Positions 58,538-64,000 of a stretch of DNA of 64,000 bases are shown here, one piece after another. Where the stretch lies: NCBI GenBank assembly GCA_963745835.1, contig CAVUZH010000015.1:129795-193794 (forward strand). The letters are read 5' to 3'. Positions within the stretch are counted from its first letter, which is position 1; each line of letters begins with the position of its first letter. The notes beneath the pieces are model-generated. The model worked only from the letters and a program-made list of their open reading frames with translations, did not search any database and was not told where the DNA came from. Made by a program: the position numbers and the translations under genes. Source of the DNA: an uncultured delta proteobacterium (GTDB lineage Bacteria; Desulfobacterota; Binatia; UBA9968).

Positions 58538-59137
58538 GATACCTCCATCTGGCTGTCAACATAAGCTCTCGCCGGTAGGTTTTTGTTACCAGGATTCAAC
58601 CGCTTTGGTGAGTAAGCAAGAAACAAGTCTCTGCTGACCTCAAATCCCGCTTTTCTGCAGTATTGGTAAGATGATCTCGCGCATAGTACCCGGCGGAATC
58701 GTGCTTTCAAGAATAACTAACTTACCGGATTTAAGATGGTTGCGAACCGCTTCTATCGCCGCCACTAGATATGACAACTCGGGATCTCTATGCTTGTCTA
58801 CGGGCGTAGGCACGCAAATACTTATGGCATCGAAAAATTCAACAGAGGCGAACGGACTGCGTCGCTCTCAGATTCTGTGCTGCGACCGCACAATGAAGCG
58901 TTTCATTCTCAATCTCCGAAAGATGCCTGCCTTGACCGATTCTACTTTATTACCGTCGATATCAATCCCAGTTACCTGAAATCCGTTCCGCGCCATGTCC
59001 AGAGCCAGGTGAAGTCCCGCGTATCCCAACCCGATCATGCCCAACTTCGCCGAGCGTTCCCGGATCCTTCTGTCCAATTCTTGTCCTTGATGTTTCGAAC
59101 GCGTGCTGGTAACGACGGACATTTGCATAGCCCCCAT
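58492..59137 (-). pseudogene. nucleotide-sugar dehydrogenase (UDP-ManNAc/UDP-Glc dehydrogenase family), N-terminal fragment only, frameshifted
   Basis: KLGMIGLGYAGLHLALDMARNGFQVTGIDID (Rossmann N-terminus), then in other frames …SICVPTPVDKHRDPELSYLVAAIEAVRNHLKSGKLVILESTIPPGT… and …FLAYSPKRLNPGN…. The central and C-terminal domains are absent because wecB begins at 58537. Confidence 0.62.
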
Positions 59138-59666
59138 AGCCGTAAGTCATTTAAAAATTTGGCAATGAAAAACACGTCGGAGCGATCTGTATGAACACCC
59201 CTATAAATGGATCCGACAGATCGGGATAGTATGAGGCTTTCATCGAGCAGTGAATGGAGTCCTACGATGCGACAACTCATGAGCACGACAGATTTTTGTG
59301 ATGACAGATCTGTGCGATACCCCAGATGCATGATCGAGAACTGAATGCGTCTTCGTGGAGATGTAGCGAATGCCAGCCACGCCCCGTAGTGGTTCTTTCA
59401 TGCTTATCTCGTGCAGTGATAGCAAGAATATGTTATTCCCCGCTCAACTTTGATACTGTCGGTCAATTCCGCCATGGGACGGTTGATGGCGTGAGGATAA
59501 TATACAGGGCTGAGTTGTGATAACGGCAGGAGTTAGCTCAAGCGATGCAAAGTAGTACGGCTATGTTAGGTGGAACAAATGGAACACACACCTTTGGGCA
59601 CCCTTGTTGATGAGCATGCGCCTGAGCAAGACGTCTCCGCTCGCGACGAAATGAAGCAGTAACGTC

Positions 59667-61571
59667 TCAGTAAGTTACCAGGGACAGGCCTGGATTTATA
59701 GCGTCGCTCAGCTGACCATTCGTGCTAGCATCAAGCGATTTCTTCGAACTCAAATAATGGACTATCTGATTGACGCAAGCCTCGGGTGTAGTTCCCAAAG
59801 TTCGAATGTGAATTTCAGGGGAGTCCGGTGGCTCGTAGTAACTATCGATACCGGTAAAATTTTTGAGTTCTCCACGCCGTGCCTTCGCGTACAGCCCTTT
59901 CACATCGCGGCGCTCACATTCCTCCAGGGGTGTATCGACGAAGACCTCGATAAATTCGCCCGGATCAAACAAGCTGCGAGCCAATTGGCGCTCCGCACGG
60001 AAGGGTGAAATAAACGCAACAATCACAATCAGACCCGCATCCACCATAAGTTTCGCGACTTCAGCGACACGGCGGATGTTCTCCACACGGTCGGCCTCCG
60101 TAAATCCCAGATCTCGGTTGAGTCCATGGCGAACGTTATCGCCGTCTAGGATGTAGGTGTGCTTGCCATCAATGTGCAAACGTTTCTCCAACAGATTTGC
60201 AATCGTCGACTTCCCCGAACCAGAAAGCCCCGTAAACCAAAGACAACCCGCCTGCTGATGCTTCATTCCGGCCCGAACCACTTTCGACAGCTCCAGTGCT
60301 TGCCAATGCACGTTGATCGATCGGCGGAGCGCGAACCGAATCATAGCCGCTGCGACGGTCTCATTAGTGAGCTTGTCTATCACGATGAACGCACCTAACT
60401 TTCTGTTGTCGGCATACGGCGCAAACGGCACGGGCCGATCGAAACTGACGTTAACGGTAGCGATTTCGTTTATGCCGAGCGTCTTCGCGGCAAGATGCGC
60501 ACCGCTATCGATGTCCAGGCGATGCTTGATCTGGGTGACACTCACTCCCGCCGATTTGCTGTGAATCAGAGCAGCGTAAGAGCGGCCGGGTAGCAAGGCG
60601 TGCTCGTTCATCCAAATTAGGTCCGCCTCGAACTGATCAGCACATTCGACTGGATCCGACGCACTCGCAATGACATCGCCCCTGCTCAGATCAACTTCAT
60701 CCTCCAGAACTAAGGTAACGGACTCACCGGCGTTAGCCTTAATCTTGAAGCCATTCCAGGCGGCGATCTCCTTTATACGGCTTGCTACTCCTGACGGACT
60801 GACGCGCACACGGTCCCCGGGCGAGACGGAGCCGCTGGCAATACGCCCGGAGTACCCCCGAAAGTCACGGTTGGGTCGGTTGACCGACTGCACAGGCATG
60901 GCAAACGGCTGGGTTACCCCCCGGACCTCGGCGGGGACGGTTTCGAGCCATTGCAAAAGGCTTTGCCTCTCATACCACGCCATGGCGGTATGGTCGCATC
61001 TAACTACGTTTTGACCCTCAAGCGCTGACAGGGGTATCGGCGTAATCGTTTCAAAGCGCAAATCGGCAGCAAAGCGCTCATAGGCAAGGCGGAGTTCATT
61101 AAATACTGGTTGAGACCAATCCACGAGATCCATTTTGTTAACCGCTAATGCGACGTGCCGTATACCCAACATTGAAACGATACGGCTATGGCGCTTGGTC
61201 TGGGTAAGCAGCCCCTTGCGCGCGTCAATCAGCAATACAGCTGCGTCGGCAGTCGATGCACCGGTTGCCATATTGCGGGTGTACTGCTCATGACCGGGGG
61301 TGTCGGCGACGATGAAACGACGCTTAGCAGTGGCAAAGAAGCGGTAGGCAACATCGATTGTGATACCCTGTTCCCGTTCCGCCTGTAATCCATCAACCAG
61401 CAGCGCCAAGTCCAGGCGCTCGCCTTGGGTGCCAAATCTTTTCGAATCGGCCTTCAGCGCCTCTAGTTGATCATCAAAGATCAACTTGGTCTCGTAGAGC
61501 AAGCGGCCAATCAGCGTTGACTTGCCATCATCGACACTGCCGCAAGTAATGAATCGAAGAGCATCCATCAA
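59667..61571 (-). CDS. cysNC: bifunctional sulfate adenylyltransferase subunit 1 / adenylylsulfate kinase
   Basis: GTPase motifs [17 protein letters not shown] and NKMD. C-terminal APS kinase P-loop [11 protein letters not shown] and ISPF. Confidence 0.95.
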   Translation of the reverse strand: MMDALRFITCGSVDDGKSTLIGRLLYETKLIFDDQLEALKADSKRFGTQGERLDLALLVDGLQAEREQGITIDVAYRFFATAKRRFIVADTPGHEQYTRNMATGASTADAAVLLIDARKGLLTQTKRHSRIVSMLGIRHVALAVNKMDLVDWSQPVFNELRLAYERFAADLRFETITPIPLSALEGQNVVRCDHTAMAWYERQSLLQWLETVPAEVRGVTQPFAMPVQSVNRPNRDFRGYSGRIASGSVSPGDRVRVSPSGVASRIKEIAAWNGFKIKANAGESVTLVLEDEVDLSRGDVIASASDPVECADQFEADLIWMNEHALLPGRSYAALIHSKSAGVSVTQIKHRLDIDSGAHLAAKTLGINEIATVNVSFDRPVPFAPYADNRKLGAFIVIDKLTNETVAAAMIRFALRRSINVHWQALELSKVVRAGMKHQQAGCLWFTGLSGSGKSTIANLLEKRLHIDGKHTYILDGDNVRHGLNRDLGFTEADRVENIRRVAEVAKLMVDAGLIVIVAFISPFRAERQLARSLFDPGEFIEVFVDTPLEECERRDVKGLYAKARRGELKNFTGIDSYYEPPDSPEIHIRTLGTTPEACVNQIVHYLSSKKSLDASTNGQLSDAINPGLSLVTY

Positions 61572-62476
61572 AAGTATCCTTCCTGCTTCTTGCGCTCCAT
61601 GGAGCCCGCGCCATCATGATCAATGATCCGCCCCTGTCGCTCGGAAGTCGTTGCCGCCAATGTTTCCGCTACGATCTCGTCCAATGTGGTTGCCGTGCTG
61701 TCGATTGCGGCGGTCAGCGGATAACAGCCCAATGTGCGAAACCGAACCATGCGAATTTCCGGTGTTTCGCCGGGATCTAGAGGCAAGCGATTATCATCGA
61801 CCATAATCCATTGATTATTGCGCCTAACCACCGGACGCTTGGCGGCAAAGTAAAGCGGCACTATGGGAATATTCTCTTGGCGGATGTAGGCCCAGATGTC
61901 GGCTTCGGTCCAGTTGGAAAGCGGAAAGACGCGAATGCTTTCGCCGGCGTTGATTCGAGTGTTGTAAAGGTTCCAGAGTTCGGGCCGTTGGGCTTTGGGT
62001 TCCCATCGGTGGCCGACTGCCCGGAACGAAAAGATGCGCTCCTTGGCGCGTGATTTCTCCTCGTCCCGCCGAGCGCCACCGAAAGCTACATCGAACCTGT
62101 GTAAGTCGAGCGCCTGTTTCAGCGCTTCAGTTTTCATGACATCCGTGTGATATGCTGAGCCGTGGGTGATTGGGCTAATACCCTCGGCGGCGCCGCGCGG
62201 ATTCGTAAACGTGATTAGTTGGAAGCCAACCTCAGCGGCAGTCCGGTCCCGAAACGCTATCATCTCCCGAAACTTCCATCCGGTATCGATATGCATCAGC
62301 GGGAATGGAATTGGACCGGGGTAAAACGCTTTTCTTGCCAGATGCAGCATCACTGAGGAGTCTTTGCCAATCGAGTAAAGCATCACCGGGTTATGGGCAG
62401 TAGCCGCCACCTCACGGATTATTTCGATCGACTCAGACTCGAGTTCTGACGAAATAGCCTCGCTCATATCATTCAA
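61568..62476 (-). CDS. cysD: sulfate adenylyltransferase subunit 2
   Basis: PP-loop-like [40 protein letters not shown]. 4-nt overlap with cysNC. Confidence 0.95.
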   Translation of the reverse strand: MNDMSEAISSELESESIEIIREVAATAHNPVMLYSIGKDSSVMLHLARKAFYPGPIPFPLMHIDTGWKFREMIAFRDRTAAEVGFQLITFTNPRGAAEGISPITHGSAYHTDVMKTEALKQALDLHRFDVAFGGARRDEEKSRAKERIFSFRAVGHRWEPKAQRPELWNLYNTRINAGESIRVFPLSNWTEADIWAYIRQENIPIVPLYFAAKRPVVRRNNQWIMVDDNRLPLDPGETPEIRMVRFRTLGCYPLTAAIDSTATTLDEIVAETLAATTSERQGRIIDHDGAGSMERKKQEGYF

Positions 62477-62617
62477 CCCGTACTCCGATCTTAAGTTACT
62501 AGTCTGACCAAAGAGTTGCGCGGATAACCCGACTTAGTGAATCAACGATTTAGTTACTTCGGACCACCCCGCCTAATACCCTGAAGTTATTTTTGTAGCA
62601 ACCGCTTTAACTGACAT

Positions 62618-63804
62618 TCACCGCATTTCACGTTCAGCTTGGCTACCGTGACCGCACGTTTCGATTGGCAAGCCGACCAAGGAACGATAGAGGGTTTCTG
62701 TAGCGAGGCTCATTTTCGCCACGGAGAACTTATCTTCAACCAAGCGTCTACCGGCTAAGCCCATGGCCCTGGCGAGCATAGGATTATTCAATAGGCGAAG
62801 AGTGCAGTCAGCAAACTTTTCTGCGTCTCGACCGGCAACCAAGTAGCCGGTTTCACCATCGATGACTACTTCGCGACACGCGCCGACGTCCGTTGTGACT
62901 ACGGGTTTACCGCAAGCCATAGCCTCAAGTAGAACGTTTGGAAGTCCCTCCCATTCCGACGTGAGCCAGAAAACATCCGCGGATGCCAAGAGTTCGGGGA
63001 TGTCATTGCGCTCTCCGAGGAAGGAGATTTTTCCATCCAAGCCGTTTTCCGACGCGCACCGTGCGAGAGCCGTGCGGCAAGGCCCGTCCCCAACAATAAC
63101 AAAGCTAACCTCCGCCGCTTGACGCTGAAGCAAAGCTGCCGCTTCCAAAAACAGGGGCAGATTGTTTTGGGAAACCAAACGACCGATCGTGATCACTGTG
63201 GGTTTCTTGTTTCCGGAGCTTTCAGGCGTCTTGAGCGCGCGGCAGCGGTCTCGAAGCGTGCCAAGTCAAGGCCGTTATAGATGACAACGCTTCTATCACG
63301 AGGCGCATGATACTGCTTCACGACATAAGATCGTACCGTATCGCCATTACATGCGATAGCATCGCTCATGAGAAAGGCTACGCTATTTACCCAGCCGCGC
63401 AGAAAACCAATCTCCTTGCAGTTGCGCGCCGAGCTTACTAGGCAGGGCACCCTGGCTAACACCCGGGCCGGCCATGCATAACCATTGGCAACAAAGAGAA
63501 ACGAGTGAAGAATGTCAATGCGATCCTTGCGTAGAAGTAATGCGAGTTTAACAATCCTGCTCACGTCAAAATGACCTTGACGCTTGACTACACGGATGGT
63601 CGCCCCGAGTTCTCTGATCATGTCCGCATAGGGCACGTTCCTTTCGGAAAGGGAGTAAATGAGGCATTCGTAGCGATGGGGGTCAATTCGCCGCACGAGC
63701 TCGCAAATCTGCCGTTGCGCCCCACCGTGACACAGATGACTAATGACGAATGCGGCCCGTATTCGTTCGCTCTTCCGAACGCTAGCCATTGATATCAGGC
63801 GCAC
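62618..63804 (-). CDS. GT4-family (GT-B) glycosyltransferase, apparent single frameshift near 63196-63206
   Basis: The N-terminal ORF (…FVISHLCHGGAQR…) ends in …KAPETRNPQ(stop). The adjacent frame continues VITIGRLVSQNNL…IVGDGP…L.SEWEGLPNVLLEAMACGKPVV.TDVG…E, the EX7E-type GT4 core. Confidence 0.8.
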
Positions 63805-64000
63805 ATCCTGCCTCTAGCACATAGAGTTCCATCGGCCGGTCGGAGCTAAGTAACTAAACAGACGAAGAAAAACATCTCACATAGACGATTCCAAACAGCA
63901 GTCGATGTGCCGATCAGAATAGTCGCTGCAGGCTGATCAACAACGGCAGAAGCAACCCGACAGCACGTCGTCGCGACGTTCCTGGGTTGAGGAGTGGCGC

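Overview
This is a 64-kb chromosomal segment from a moderately GC-rich Gram-negative-type bacterium. Gene order and protein styles look Deltaproteobacteria/Nitrospirae-like, but no taxon can be assigned from the sequence alone. Almost everything is housekeeping and most genes lie on the minus strand.

Gene content in order:
- pth-ctc-prs-tRNA-Gln-spoVG-ispE, then tRNA-Arg
- a four-gene aromatic-acid cluster: a heme-oxygenase-like protein, a gentisate-dioxygenase-like bicupin, a PhtD-like decarboxylase and a UbiD-like decarboxylase
- a decayed M24 peptidase gene
- rpoD
- a disulfide oxidoreductase, a SemiSWEET transporter and a UBP-type zinc-finger gene
- ssrA (tmRNA) and smpB
- DUF502, panC, panB and a deoxynucleoside kinase
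- nagZ, then mtnA-gshA, acpS, an orphan Leu/Ile/Val-type binding protein and ddl
- a complete dcw cluster from mraZ to ftsZ
- rnpB plus the COG1579 zinc-ribbon gene
- an FAD oxidase, an EamA transporter, an M23 peptidase, a rhomboid protease and a thiolase/DUF35 pair
- a degraded polysaccharide locus (wecB and a truncated sugar dehydrogenase), cysD-cysNC and a GT4 glycosyltransferase

I found no CRISPR array, no intact mobile element and no obvious multi-gene defence or novel system.

The most interesting observations:
1. An in-frame TGA sits exactly at a conserved zinc-ligand Cys position of a UBP-type zinc-finger ORF, with a downstream hairpin. It could be selenocysteine, a nonsense mutation or a sequencing error.
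2. A STAS-domain gene is translationally coupled into the dcw operon between mraZ and rsmH.
3. A decayed serine-recombinase remnant and a perfect inverted repeat abut the tmRNA 3' end.
4. Many single-nucleotide frame disruptions are present, including in the essential genes murB, murC and murG. This argues for consensus indel errors mixed with some genuine pseudogenes.

All functional calls rest on motif recognition by eye. No database search, folding calculation or statistic was run.
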